From the NCBI GenBank assembly GCA_976551045.1, contig CDPCPM010000183.1, positions 186,001 to 250,000 of the forward strand: DNA of 64,000 nt, given 5' to 3'. The position numbers were made by a program, and so were the translations under genes. This document shows, in pieces, positions 49,931-63,078 of the stretch. Below the pieces are notes generated by a model. That model did no database searches. It was not told the origin of the DNA and saw only the letters and a program-made list of their open reading frames with translations. Source of the stretch: Glaucostegus cemiculus. Taxonomy: Eukaryota. Position 1 is the stretch's first letter, and every line of letters starts with the position of its first letter.

Positions 49931-52041
49931 TCTTCAAAGTAAAGATTTTTCATTTTCTTATGATTGGAGTCGCATAATAATCTTCTAAAAATCTTTTTAT
50001 TTGCTGGGCAATAAGGGACAGGGAATTTTTGTTTGCATGCACTGTTCACAGCTGCAAATTCCATTCATCTACATCATCATCTGTAAAGCAGGTGAGTCAG
50101 TCAGGTGGGAAATATAACTTGTCTAACTGTTTTCATCTTGAATGTTCCATTGTTAGGATTCAATCTAGATCTCAGGGGATGAGTAATAAATCATTCCCTA
50201 TTCTTTGTCAGGCTGTTTAACTCCAACACTGCTGAAACCTTGCAAGTATACTCAGTAGGTAGCTGAGGCATTCTATTCAGAACTATTATTGTTTTGAAGC
50301 AAATTAAACTCAACTGGAGCACAAGGAGGGCTCTACAATTGAGTCAAGGAAAGAAAAATATTAATGATTTACAAACAGCAAAACCCACCCAGTATTTAGC
50401 TTTGTACTGACAAGTGGCAAGTAATAGTCACATCACACAAGTGACAATGGCCATTGCCATGAAGAGTCCAGCAACCTTCTCTTGACATTTAGCAGCACTA
50501 TCACAGACAATAACTCCCACCGCCAACAACATGCTTACCACTGACCTCAAACTGAACTGGTGCAGTCACATAAATACGGTGGCAATCCAGAGGCTGGGTA
50601 TTCTGCAGTGGGCAACTCGCCGGGCTCTCTGAAGCCATGTCAGGCACATAATGGAATGCTCTCTACTTTCCTTAATGAATATAGCTCCAACAATAATTAA
50701 GCAGTTTGAAATGATCCTATCAAATGGTTCTTTTCTCCCCCCAACAAGACTATAGATCATTTGAAATTTCATTCAAAATTGAAAATTTGAAGTGCATCTA
50801 AAATGTGGCTCGCTGCAACAGGCAGATGAACATGGACTACGCATTTAACTTTGGCCTGATGGTTGCTTCCAATCTGGGATTGCCCATCTATTAAAAGTTT
50901 TGAGATTATTGACACTCCACATAACCACCACACATATTGACTACTTTAACATGGATGGCATGCACTCTCTCCTCAGTTCACTCACAGTAACTAAGGGACT
51001 TCTCAAACAAATTGAGACAAGTTTTAAAATAAGCACCATGAAAACCCCAACATAAACAGCATTTATTTGAATGCCACAACATTGCCTGAAACTAGAGCCA
51101 TATCCTAAATATGAACTTGGTTTAATTTTTATCTTAATAGGAAATTGCACTTATCTGCATAACAATTACATCCTTTATTTTAGTTGTATCTTGCGGAACA
51201 TTCCTCAACAGGCCAAAGAAACAAATACTTCAACAAATGAAAACATTCACAAAAGACAGCTTCAATTAATCTTTTGGAACATAAATCTGCACATAAAGTA
51301 ACAGTTATACTTTACAAAATTCCTCGGAACAAAATAACAAGATTATAGCAGGATTATAATTGTAACCTATGTACATTTTCTGGGGTCAATGAAATAATTT
51401 TAAGCTTTTCCATGCAACCAATTCTAGGGTCATAACTACTGTTACACTGCTATTTCTGCTCAGTACAAAAATATTGTAACAGCTGAACATTTTGAAATAT
51501 TCAACCATTCGGTTCTTGAACCGATCAACACAACCCTAATCACTACAGTTTAGTAGCACTATGACCAGTTTGATCACTTTGCACTAAAATGGACTTTGTT
51601 TTCTTTGGTTCTAATTGTGTGTTTTTTTTTGTAAAAATTGTTTATGTTTTCCTTGTAAATGCTGCTTATATGATGCTATGTGCCTGTGCTGGTGCTGCAA
51701 GCAAGTTTTTCATTGCCCCTGTGCATACATGTACTTGTGCATTTGATAATAAAGTCAACTTTGACTGGAAGTCTGGCTCGGTGAGAATTGGCAGTTTCTA
51801 CCATCTAGAATGAAGCTTAGCCACTTGGGAGAGATGATGAAAAAGCAAACCTCCTGGGAAAAATGTATTACAACATCAGTAGCTTAAAGGCAGCTAGAAA
51901 GTTGAAAGTACAAACACTGGTATTTGTACAGTCATAACATCTTTTAAATTACCTAGTATTTTCCACAATTATGAAATATTTTTCTTACCATGACAAAAAT
52001 ATTTTCAACAGAAGACCTCACAAACCAAAAGTAACACATAC

Positions 52042-52153
52042 CAACTGTCGGCCTTAATCCTTCCAAGTACTTTTTGTCCTCATTGCTGTGCGCAGTAGAA
52101 ATTATTTTTGCACCTCGATGATGAGCCAATTGAATAACAATAGTACTAAATGG
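52042..52153 (-). CDS. CRYZL1: CRYZL1 coding exon (112 bp; [37 protein letters not shown])
   Basis: Acceptor ttttccag, donor gtatgt. Matches human [15 protein letters not shown]. Confidence 0.95.
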
Positions 52154-52731
52154 CTGGAAAACAAAGGCAGGACAGGTATTCAGCTAATATTCAGCTAAGT
52201 GACAAATTACTTATGATGGCATTATTTACTACAATGTTTCTTTTTATTATTCACACCGATTGTTTGAAACTTCTGCTAATGCACATCAATATAAATGTTA
52301 AACTCCTTTTCCAAGAAAGACCGATTCTCTTCAGTCTAATCCAATCGTGTTTTGACTGCAGATTTAGCACACAAGTGCACGGGAAAGGTTCCTCCCCACA
52401 CCCCCATGGCAATACAAAGCATACTGCCAAGAAATACTTCAATATTATTACAACAGAAAGATAATTAGGGAGAGAAAACAGGCAAGTTAAGAGCATGAAG
52501 GAATCAACTAGCATTTAACACAATGGTGAACAGAAGATAATTAACGTGTTCTGTATATCTTGGAACCTTTTACTACGGAGAGAAATATATTCTGCTGGGA
52601 TTGCCACAGAGCTGATCAATGGCAAGAATAAATACAAAGTATGCCACAGGTAAATTATTAGGAGCCTTGTTATATATTACTAATATCATACTCAAGGAAT
52701 TTCAACTTGCTTATCACACTTGTTATATGTA

Positions 52732-52950
52732 GAGGTCCTCCTCAGCTTACAAGTGCCCGACCTATCGACAGCCTGTACATACAAATGAGTGTTTGGGAGA
52801 CTGCTGGGATGGATTTGCTGGCTGCTGTGGGGCTGCAGGCATCTTCTGCTGTGCGGGAACTTAGTTCACGAATGCTCTTCCAACTTGTGAACAGTTCGAG
52901 TTACGAACAGTTCAGAGGAACTGAACCCTACCATTACCTGGGAGGACCTG
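52732..52950. mobile_element. Non-autonomous Tc1/mariner (Tigger-like) DNA transposon (MITE)
   Basis: Terminal inverted repeats gaggtcctcctcag / ctgggaggacctg, with TA on the left flank. Confidence 0.55.
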
Positions 52951-55368
52951 GACAAGGACTTTAAAAGTACAGTGGTCTTTCCCTTGCTTAGAGATGAGTA
53001 TTACACTGAGTGTAATGCAAATATCCTTCAGCTTCAAGAAAGCAGCTAGCAATAACTTTATAGATTAAGACAAACATGTTATTGTTACTATTCATTTAGA
53101 ATTAGATGCCCTTATTTAAATCTTATTTGGCATCAAACAGTATATACAGCAAACAAGTACCCAAAAGGCCTGGGTATTTAATTAAATGTATCTTTATCAG
53201 CAGTTACTAGTCTCATAATGCCATTATGAAGTTGGAGATAATATTAATAATTTCATACGACTGCAAAACCAGATCAGCAGTTTCCCGAGACTCTGCTAAC
53301 TACGTCAGTGTGATAACAATAACACTTAAAGCTGATGTTCTGCAACTCTCAGTCCGTGACCATTGCGTCAACTATTGCCCATTTTGCAGGAAAAGCTCTA
53401 CTGTGCTTTAGGCATTATAATCACCTATAAACTAAAGCTCTGCTTAGTACTTAATGCAGAATCCCATTAATTGCTGCTGTTGGATTTTTCTCCTTTTCAC
53501 ATAACGGTAAAAGGCAAACCAAGGTCTTTGTTACCCTCTCACAGGAAAATAGCAAACTTTGAATGTTCAGTGTTCCAGTTCTTTGAGCTTTTTCAGCATA
53601 AACAAAAAGGGTTTCAGCACGAGGTTTAAATGAAGGAATTCTTAGACTCATGAGTATATTGTGTTTTATAAAATAAAACTGATGACACTGGCTGCAGCCA
53701 CATACCTGCTCGAAAGAAAACACCTCAGATAAAACTAAATATCTGAAATTTCAAATCCATCTCCAATTTACACAAAGGATGCCCTGCTTCCCAAAAAGAA
53801 ACCCGACTTGTCTGGCAAAGTTTATATCGACAAAAATCATCATTTATCATGTCACTTTTTCGCAAGTTCCTTTTCATGATGTCCTGGAATTTGCTCATAA
53901 ATGCCAACAATGGCATTCCATTGGCACAGCTGTTGATGCTGCTGCCTCTCAGCTTCAGGGACCCAGGTCCCGATCTCAGGTGCTGTCTCTGCATGTTCTC
54001 TCCACAACAGCATGGGCTTTCTCCAGTTGCTCCAGGTTTCTTCCACATCCCAAAATTGTGGTGATGCTTAATTGCCTACTGTAAATTATCCCTTAGTATA
54101 GTTTAATGGCAAAAAGGATTAACAGGGAGTAGATGGGCAAATCTGTGAAAGAACAAGTGGAAGAGGTATGGGAAAATGAAACTAATGACCAACGGAATTG
54201 CGGCTCTGGGAGTTGCCAAAGGAGCCAAATGGCCTCCTTCTGTGTCATTATAAGCGCAAAAACTAATTGATTCTGGTCATCTCCTTAAGTCAACCGTTTT
54301 TCCTTAAAGGCTGGAAATTACATGTTTAACATTCAGAAAGTTTTTGAGTAATTTGTTGGGCAACTTGTATGGATTCAGCAATATAACTTGATTGCAAATT
54401 GTTAAGTCAGTGACATGTTAGAGCAGACCCGACTACACAGTTCTGATAAAAATTCAGAACAGCAATTATGGAAAGCAAATTAGATATTAAATGGTGACAA
54501 ATTTGTAGTTATAAGAATCATTCCCAACAGTAAAGATGGTTGCTTCTTCTTTAAACAAAGGGTGGGGGGGGGGGGGAAGAATAAAAAAGAGGGTGGGTTG
54601 TCAAATCTCCTATCTCCTGTTTAATATTCTTGGAGTGTATTCTGCTTTTTTGTTTCCGTGGCCTCCAACTCTGCAGCGTCAATCATAACATTATACTGGC
54701 ATTAGCATTCAGGGCAAGTTTAAAAAAAAACAGAATTTGTGCTGTGTCACATAACTATGACTCATTGCATGAATAAGCATCTTTGGAAGAACTCCTCAAT
54801 GTCAAAGGAAGCAAAATGTATCAAAAAATTGTTACCAAAGAGTGAAATGCTCCAGTATGATGTGAAGCTGGTAACACTATATAACAATGGTAACAATATA
54901 GAAAGAAAATAGAGACACAATGGAGGAAGAAAATGGTACAGGGAAATGTGCTTTGTTAAAAACAAGAAACCTTAATTTAGAAGGGAACTAACAAAGAAAT
55001 CGTTTTTAAAGTAATGAAGTGGTTATTAATAAAATCATTACCCACAAAGATAGAATAGATCAAAATGACATAGACAATTCAAAACTGTGCTTAAGTAATG
55101 TAGGACATCTACAAATGGCATCAGAAAAAGGTACAAAAATCAAATTGCAAGTTATCTGGACCAAAAGGTCAAAAGATTAAAAAAAAACATAGAAAGGGTC
55201 AACTTTACATTCCATTTTCAAAGAAAAGGACAGAATGACATTCCTGACTACCTCAAGAACTACATGACACCAACAGATAACAGCTTTCCTCTTACTACTT
55301 ATTGTTTCTTAGTTGGCAGTGATGCACCAGATCTTGCACCTTAGCTGATTAGGTTTTGTCATACGTAC

Positions 55369-55502
55369 ATTTGCTCCATCCATTACTAGAACCGTTGTTT
55401 CAGCACTGACATGAGAGAGTGTATGCAGGGCCATATATGCACGTAGTCCATCACAAATAGTTCCTGCAGCATCCACCCAGCTCACATTTTCTGGTTTAGT
55501 TA
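55369..55502 (-). CDS. CRYZL1: CRYZL1 coding exon (134 bp; VTKPENVSWVDAAGTICDGLRAYMALHTLSHVSAETTVLVMDGAN)
   Basis: Acceptor aatgcag, donor gtacgt. Lies in ORF 55309..55563. Confidence 0.95.
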
Positions 55503-57079
55503 CTGCATTTGTAAATAAGTATGTTAGAAGAAGACATGTACAAAGTATTAAATTGTTAGCCATTTCCTTTTCTCCACTTGTTCAATAACAACATATTAAC
55601 ATCAGAAGCCAGACAGAAATGTAAGCACAGTTAACTAGTAGGTTCATAAAGTTGAACATTTCTCACAACCTGTGTATTAAACCACGTGACTGTGCACCAA
55701 AGTGTTTGACTGTAACTTTCTATAGGTGCGGAGGGTAAAGACTCTACATGAACTTTAAAAATAATTTTAAATATGACATTTTTTTTAAAAAAAGAACTTT
55801 TAAATAGCAAACAGATCAATCAGAGAACCATTAATGAAACAACCAGGAAAACATAAGGGGGTACTTTAACCAGCATTTCAAAAGACACACTATGGGTTAA
55901 ATAGTTAAAAGTAAACAATTAGCTACCAAAGCATGTAATAAAAAGAATTGATTTATCACAATGCCAATCACCCACTCTATTCAGCTTGTCACAATTTCCA
56001 CAGCAACGGCCAATCATTGCAGGACTCTACCCATTGTCTTGAAATCATGGTAATTCAACCAGAAAATGTGCAATCTCACACACACATAAACACACGCTAC
56101 GCAATTAACTCAATGCTTGATGGCTTTAATTTAATTAGGAACACTATAGATGTACTGATGGATTGCAGCTGCAGATGTGAAGCCCAGATACTGAAAGAAT
56201 AAATACATTCACTTCTTTCCTTATGTAGTGAAAATGTGGGGTACTTGTTGGAATAACAGGAAGTCAAATTTCCCCATTTCATTAAACTCCACAATCAGTA
56301 CAACTCACCAGCTGGATCTCTACGGCATTGCTTGTAGCTAAATAAGTATTTTTTTAAAAAAAGCCCTTTTATATTCCTGTAACAACATTCCTCTACATTC
56401 TGCACAAAACATCCTTCCGTTTTTTTTATTTTTCTTTGTGACAGATAACTTAGAGATAACCTCCTTTATTTACTTCTCCTCCGCTCCACCACCTTCTCTC
56501 CCCCCACCCACCGCTTTTTCAATGTTTTCTTTTGCATGTCTCCAGCTCTCTTTGGTTGAGACTTTTTTTTCCCTACACAATTTCCCACTGTTGGCTGAGA
56601 GTAACAGTTAGTCACCAAAGAACGATTCCCCCCCCCCCCCCCCCAATTGTTTACTTAGAAGTATGAATTAGCCAATTCTGTCACCAGGTCATTAACCTGG
56701 TACATGTACAGAGACTGTAAACTACTAACCTGTACTGATCAGTTACTTCATTGTGTAACTGTTCTACCTTCAAAAACAGGCTGACAAAAAATTCATCTGA
56801 AATCCTCTTTCCAAAGTCATTGCAGAAATAACACAATTTTTCAGAATTCCAGTAAAAACATTGAAGTGCACAAAAATTACAAGTGCCAGAAATAATTATT
56901 GAGAGAAAATGATTTACTTAACATTCAAACACCTTATATTTTTTTCACTGAGTGACTAATATTTAGTTTGATCATGAAAGTGCACAAGAGCACAGCAATG
57001 TCCTCTGAACTGTTGTAACAGGGCTCCCATTCCCACAATAATAAAACATAATTCATCACTGGAAAGTATTTAAACATAC

Positions 57080-57148
57080 CAAGACTGTGCTCATGAACCA
57101 GCAATGTATTTGAGAGTCCAGACTCTGTGCAATCCAAAGGAAGAATAC
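57080..57148 (-). CDS. CRYZL1: CRYZL1 coding exon (69 bp; GILPLDCTESGLSNTLLVHEHSL)
   Basis: Acceptor ttcccag, donor gtatgt. Follows an 86-bp intron. Confidence 0.93.
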
Positions 57149-57234
57149 CTGGGAATTGAGCAGCATGATGACAGACATTAGCATTGCATTAAAGCAGCTT
57201 TTACAGAAAGGTCTGTCACATATTGTCCACTTAC

Positions 57235-57279
57235 CAACCACTTCATCATTTGGCTTAAAGAAGCTCACTTTTGGTCCAA
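57235..57279 (-). CDS. CRYZL1: CRYZL1 coding exon (45 bp; VGPKVSFFKPNDEVV)
   Basis: Acceptor ttttcag, donor gtaagt. Matches human VGSKVSFFQPDDEVVG. Confidence 0.93.
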
Positions 57280-58119
57280 CTGAAAATGAAATACAAGAAT
57301 ATCATATATAATTCAAACAAATAGAAGGCATAATAGGTCATTATCTAATATTATTTGTAACATAGCACTAGCAGGAATGCATTTAAATAAAACAGCTGAA
57401 AAGAACAGTTCCCATCCTACTTATGACAAAAAGTCCAGCTTATTCATCCAGTAATTCAGAGAGCTATTATCTAGCAATGAAACAATATAGATTCTAGCTA
57501 TGGCAAATTTTAAAAATGCAATCAGTGGAGTGCTAGGAAACCATATTGGCCTTTGCACTATGGATCAGGAAGGAGGCAATTAGCCTGAATTCTCATATTT
57601 GATGGCTATGAAACAACAAGAGCAGGTGCCTATATATTGTCTGAGGACTGTGATACACTTAGCTGTGATATCCTTATACAAGAGTGGCAAGCAGACTATT
57701 GCAAATGAGTAAGGGACAGTAGGGCATCTACCCCCCTGTGGAGACCTTAACAAAAGGGAGAGAGAGAAGCAAAATAGCAAAACATTTTCATCCTTTTTAC
57801 ACTGGACCTTTAATTTTGTTAGTTAGAGGTGGTGATCGTGCCAATACCACAATGATTTCCCTTGTTTGAAAGCAATGAATTCAGATACATATGAATGAAG
57901 CACTTTAGCTTAATATTGATATCATACAATAATTCTACTCTTTTACATTGCCTTAGATGATAATCAGTGATGGGCAGTTTGGGGGAGCTAAAATCTTACC
58001 ATTGTAACTTGAAAATAGGAATTCAGTTTAACAAAAACCTGTAGTGTAAAAACTGTTATTGATTAGAAAAATAGCCATCACACAACCGGCTGTAAAAATT
58101 CAACAGCTTTTTAAGAGCA

Positions 58120-59040
58120 AAAGAAATAAAATGCTGGAAATACTGTGTATTTGCAGAGACAGAAACTGGTTTTTACCATTTCATCAGAATGGGGAATAGC
58201 TGGAGATGAAGCAGATTTTAACATGTGGGGAAAGAGTGGATGGGAACACAGAACAAGAGGGAAGGCTTGTGATTAAATGGAAGGCAGAAGAGATTAACAG
58301 AGCAAGCAGGTGACAATGCAAAGTGAAAAGAGACGGTATTAGAGAACAAGGTGGTGGTCTGGAGAAGAGAGTACAGCAATTATTTAAAATTACTGAGGTA
58401 ATGTGGAAACACTGCTGGAAATGTGAATGAAAATGTCAAGAATACCAATTATCTGTAATTGTTGACTTCAAATATATTGATTCCTAAAGGCTGCAATGTG
58501 CCCATCTGGAAGGTGATGTGCTTTTTCTCAAGTTACATTAAGTTTTGTTGGAACAGTGTAGGAGGCTGGAAGCACAGATCAAAAATGGGAAATAATACAT
58601 ACAATTAAAGTGACAGGTGGCTGGAAGTTGAGGGTTTACACTTGCAGACCAAACAGTAGGGTTCTCAAAAGTGGTCACCAAAGTGTGTCTGTTCATCCCA
58701 ATGTTGAGAGACCACATTCTGAGTGCAAATACACTACACCAAATTGAAAGCAGCACATAGGTTGTAAAGTGAAAACACAGGGAATTCTATCCAAGTTCTG
58801 GCAGCGAGAAGGAGCTAGATCAGAAATGTGGGAAATGAAGTGCTAGAGTTGCCAACATGATGCAAGGGAATATGTTGGAAGCACAGAACAGATGCGAGAA
58901 TGGAATGCTGACAGATGTTGGGTGGGAAGAAATGGAGTTATGGCAGTGGTGGGAATCTGTGGACTTGCAGTGGACACTAATCACAAGCTTATGCCAGAGA
59001 TGATAGATATGGAAAGAAGAATCAGAGATGGACCAGTTAA
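58120..59040 (-). mobile_element. Old Penelope-like element remnant on the minus strand
   Basis: Reverse complement resembles the GIY-YIG region. ctgatgaaa and tccagcattt terminus at about 58130-58190. Confidence 0.55.
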
Positions 59041-59194
59041 AAGCAAGAATGGGGTAGAAATTGCAATTTAAAAAAAAAAATTATGCTGTCCTTGAATGGT
59101 TTGTCTTTTGTGACTCTCTTTGCTCCATATTGTACTGAGTTATATTGGAAGCAAGACTTGCAAAAATCAGGCCTAACTGGCCATTCTACACTTT

Positions 59195-60174
59195 TGTAAT
59201 CCCAGAGAGCGAGTTGACTGACCAAGACGGGTGAGGAAAACTGAGGATGGTCAGAGAGCAGGAAGTGGGGCTGAAGTAGGTGATCACTAAATCACGGAAG
59301 AAGGCAACTTCTAAGTCTTCATGATGCACATACATATATTCTTAACAGGGCACAATATTAGACAGCAAGTAGAATCGGGAATCATTGAGCTTTGTAGCAG
59401 CCTGAGCAGTATCAAGGATCCCATTAGGCTCTGGGAGGACACTCTGCTGGCCATAAGCAGATGCTGGGAACCAAGAACAAAGAAGCCCAGTGAAGCAAGG
59501 TCACATGATCAACACCTGGTCAGTACCAACCTGAGAACATAGCTGAGATGGCTTTTCGTCCTGCCATGAGCTATCCTACTGGGAGCCATCTGGAGAACAG
59601 AACAAGCAAATAGGATTGTTTTGGGAACGGCATCTTGTGAAAGGGAGAGTCTGACGAATTGCAACAGCACAAACAGACACTCTGATAATTAAGAAACCAA
59701 TGGTTGAAGTAATTGTGGAACGTTGCCAGCAAGGACTTGAGGATGTTAAAGAAACATACTCTTATGGATAAGGGTTGGAATCACAGCTGTGTCAATGGCA
59801 ATAAAGAACTAAGCAATGTTTGGAAGGTATGCAAAGAAATGCATAAAAAGGTGCCTTTTGAAATGACCAGCAGCAGTGACTACAGAGACCAACCACTGAA
59901 GAAGGGACTCGGAGAAGAACTCACCAAGATCAAACCCTGGCCAGTTCATCAAGAGTGGGTGCTATCCAAATCCAAATAGTGAATTTTGGAAGTTGTGAAA
60001 GTGAACTAGAGAGTTGTGCAACTAAAAGACTTATGAAACTAAAGAGTTAATGAATCTTGTTTGAAACTGTGTAGTGAAGCTTTGAGTTGTTCGAACTAAT
60101 TGCGATTAATAAAGTATAGTTATTTGGTAAAGCTATTGGTGTGTTTTATCATGCACTGCATATAACTGATAACA
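59195..60174 (+). mobile_element. Probable solo LTR
   Basis: TGTAAT...ATAACA termini flanked by CTTT on both sides. CCAAT at 59697, TATA-like CATAAAAA at 59842, AATAAA at 60108. The left boundary is ambiguous (alternative at 59109). Confidence 0.45.
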
Positions 60175-60209
60175 CTTTTCTCCTAGCCCAGGAATGATAA
60201 AGACAATAT

Positions 60210-60992
60210 TCAAGTCAAGTCGAGTATATTGTCATCTGCACAAGTACATGTATGCACAGGTGCAATGAAAAGCTTACTTGCAGCAGCATCATAGGCACAT
60301 AGCAGCATACGAGCAATAGAAAAAAACACAAATTATACACAATTTTTAATAAGAAAGAACACAAAACAAAAAATCTGAAGTCCATTTTAGTGCAAAGTGA
60401 TCAAAGCAGTCATAGTGTTACTGAACTGTAGTGATTAAGGTTGTGCCAGTTAGTTCAAGAACCAATTGATTGAAGGGAAGTAGCTGTTCTTGAACTTTGT
60501 GGTGTGGGACTTCAGGCTTCTGTACCTCCTGCCTGATAGTAGTGTAAAAAGATGGCATGGCCCAGATGATGGATGTTGCCTTCTTGAGGCAGCGCCTCCT
60601 GTAGATACTAACAGTGGTGGAGAGGGATATGCCCATGATGTATTGGGCAGAGTCCACTACTCTCTGCAGCTTCTTAGATTCCTGTGAATTCAAATTGCCA
60701 TACCAGACCAAGATGCAACCAGTCAGGACACTTTCAGCAGTACATTTGCAGAAGTTTGTTGGAGTATTCGGTGACAAACCAAACCTCCTAAGTAAAGACT
60801 CTAGCACATTTTCCTTATGATTACATTTATGTGCTGGGCCTAGGACAGGTCATCTGATATATTAACACACAGGAACTTAAAGCTGCTGACTCTCTCCACC
60901 AATGATTCCCCAACATAGACAGGCACATGTTCGCCCTCCTTCCAATCTACTCTTTAGTTTTGTTGATGTTGAGCGAGAGGTTGTTCCCTTAA
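60210..60992 (-). mobile_element. Rex1/Babar-like LINE 3' fragment (related + strand tail at 51510-51765)
   Basis: ORF 60418..60807 reads NFCKCTAESVLTGCILVWYG...KKLQRVV. Confidence 0.8.
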
Positions 60993-61268
60993 CACCAGCC
61001 TTACTGACTTTAAATAAAGCGGCAAAGGTCCAGGAACTAATTGCACGCGTTATTCCCCAATGGAGCCTTCAGGGGAAATCTAAATGCATTTTGGACTCTA
61101 TTGTTTCTCAGCACCATGTTCAGTGTTTGCACAGAAAATGATGCTAAATGTTTCACATATGGAGTTAAGTGATTTTCAAAAAGAAATGCCATACCCTAAC
61201 ATTTTCTGGATAAATCCTTGACCAACAGGATCAAAACAACAGACCATAAAATTACATCACAAACTTAC

Positions 61269-61341
61269 CCTCAATAACAACACCAGCAACTTCTCTTCCA
61301 ATTGGTAAGAAATCTTCCTGCACTTTTAACTCTGCCAGCAG
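61269..61341 (-). CDS. CRYZL1: CRYZL1 coding exon (73 bp; LLAELKVQEDFLPIGREVAGVVIE)
   Basis: Acceptor tatatctag, donor gtaagt. Contains the MDR-family GxExxGxV motif. Confidence 0.93.
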
Positions 61342-61357
61342 CTAGATATAAAATTAA

Positions 61358-61536
61358 GAGAAACAAAGGACTGCAGATGCTGGAATCTAGATGAAGAACG
61401 ATGATGCTGGAGGAACTCAGCAGGCCAGGCAGCATCCATGGAGAAAAGCAGGCAGTCAACGTTTCACATCAGGACCCTTCTTCAGGGCCCAAAACATTGA
61501 CTGCCTGCTTCTCCCCAGATGCTGCCCGGCCTGCTG
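61358..61536. mobile_element. Short fold-back Penelope-derived element with a 14-bp TSD
   Basis: Perfect direct repeat agatataaaattaa at 61344-61357 and 61537-61550. Internal inverted arms of about 50 bp. Minus strand reads ctgaagaagggtc...gaaacgttgactg. Confidence 0.8.
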
Positions 61537-62789
61537 AGATATAAAATTAATGCTTCAATGACTAAGAATAGTCAGTTGAGGTCTCTCACTTTCCAAAAAT
61601 CATTCTGAAGGTATTATGCACAGAGGGTACTGGACAAATACTTTAACATCATAAAATGTACTACTATGAAGAAATACAGAGTGTTTATAATTGTAGAGCT
61701 ATTTCAAAAAGCTGGCATGGACACTTTAGAGTGAAAGATCATCTTCTGCACTGTGTGATGAGGATTTTAGGAATAAAAAGAAATCAAGACAGTAGAATAA
61801 TTGCCAGACAAGTTTTTAAGAATTTGGACTGCATTCAACTTTTAGGTGACTAAAATAGGAATTAAATTGGATGTACCCCAGAAATATCTTCAGTATAGGT
61901 AATTTGGATTCAATTCACAATTCTGAACACAGTTCAGAATTCTGCTGAGAATCAAAAGATTGGAATTTTAAAAAGAGAAAAGGTAGGTGACAAATTGTTA
62001 GGAGTGTAAATGCAAAAGCAAAGAAAATAGATTAAGACAGGATTTTGGATTTTACAATTGGAAGAATATAGTACAAGCATAAAGAAGAAAGTGTGCATTT
62101 GCTTAAAACATTAAGGAAGCTAATGTTACAGTACTGAATTTGATTTCTGAACGTCATTACGGAAATGATATTAAAACCACAGAAAGGGCATAGTTTAAAG
62201 TCAGCAGGTCTCAAAAACTGTTGATTTTTTGTTAAGTAAACTTTGGAACATTTATATCACATCTGTCAATTTTCACCATGAAGATTATTCACATCAAATG
62301 GCACCTTTCCTAATTAGCACAACCATGACAAATGCTGCTGGCAACAAATGACTTGAGTAGAACATCAAGCCCATAACTCTTTAGTTTAATATTAAGTAAC
62401 AAAGAGGACTAATTTCAGTGCAGTGATATTAAATAGGGTTTTAAGTGGGCTACAGACCCTTTCATCAAATGGATTCAAGGTTATAAGACAGAATTTTAAA
62501 ATGTTATATTTTTAATTTTTTTTCTTTACATTCATAACCAATTATGGATTCTGCAACAAAGGGCATCCAAATCATTCTTGAAATCATAAACATAGGTCTA
62601 CCTACAAAATGAAAAACGAAAAACTGCCTTTTCTCTGATCGTTGGAATTATTTTTCTCAAATTGGCTTATTCATTTCACACAGTTCATTAATACTATCCA
62701 ACTGGATACTTACAAAAATCATTTCAGATATTTTTTTAAAATACTATCCTGTGTCTGGGCAAAACAAGCCATAAACATTGGATACAATA

Positions 62790-63078
62790 TAGATATCTTT
62801 ATTAGTCACATGTACATTGAAACACACAGTGAAATACATCTTTTTGCGATAGCATTCTGGAGGCAGCCTGCAAGTGTCACCACACTTCCAGCACCAAAAT
62901 AGCATGCCCACAACTTCCTAACCCATGCGTCTTTGGAATGTGGGAAGAAACCAGTGCACCCGGAGGAAACCCACACAGACACTGGGAGAACATACAAACT
63001 CCTACAGACAGTGGCTGGATTTGAACCCGAGTTGCTGGTGCTGTAAAGCTTTATGCTATCCGCTACACTACCATGCCT
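62790..63078 (-). mobile_element. Full-length V-SINE-like element, tail A
   Basis: Tail, core, B box (ttgaaccc) and A box (cgctacacta) all present. Confidence 0.85.

Noticed and set aside
56627-56644. Long C homopolymer (also G/C runs at about 303, 6754, 10578 and 54564)
   Set aside because: Simple homopolymers with unreliable length and no supporting structure.
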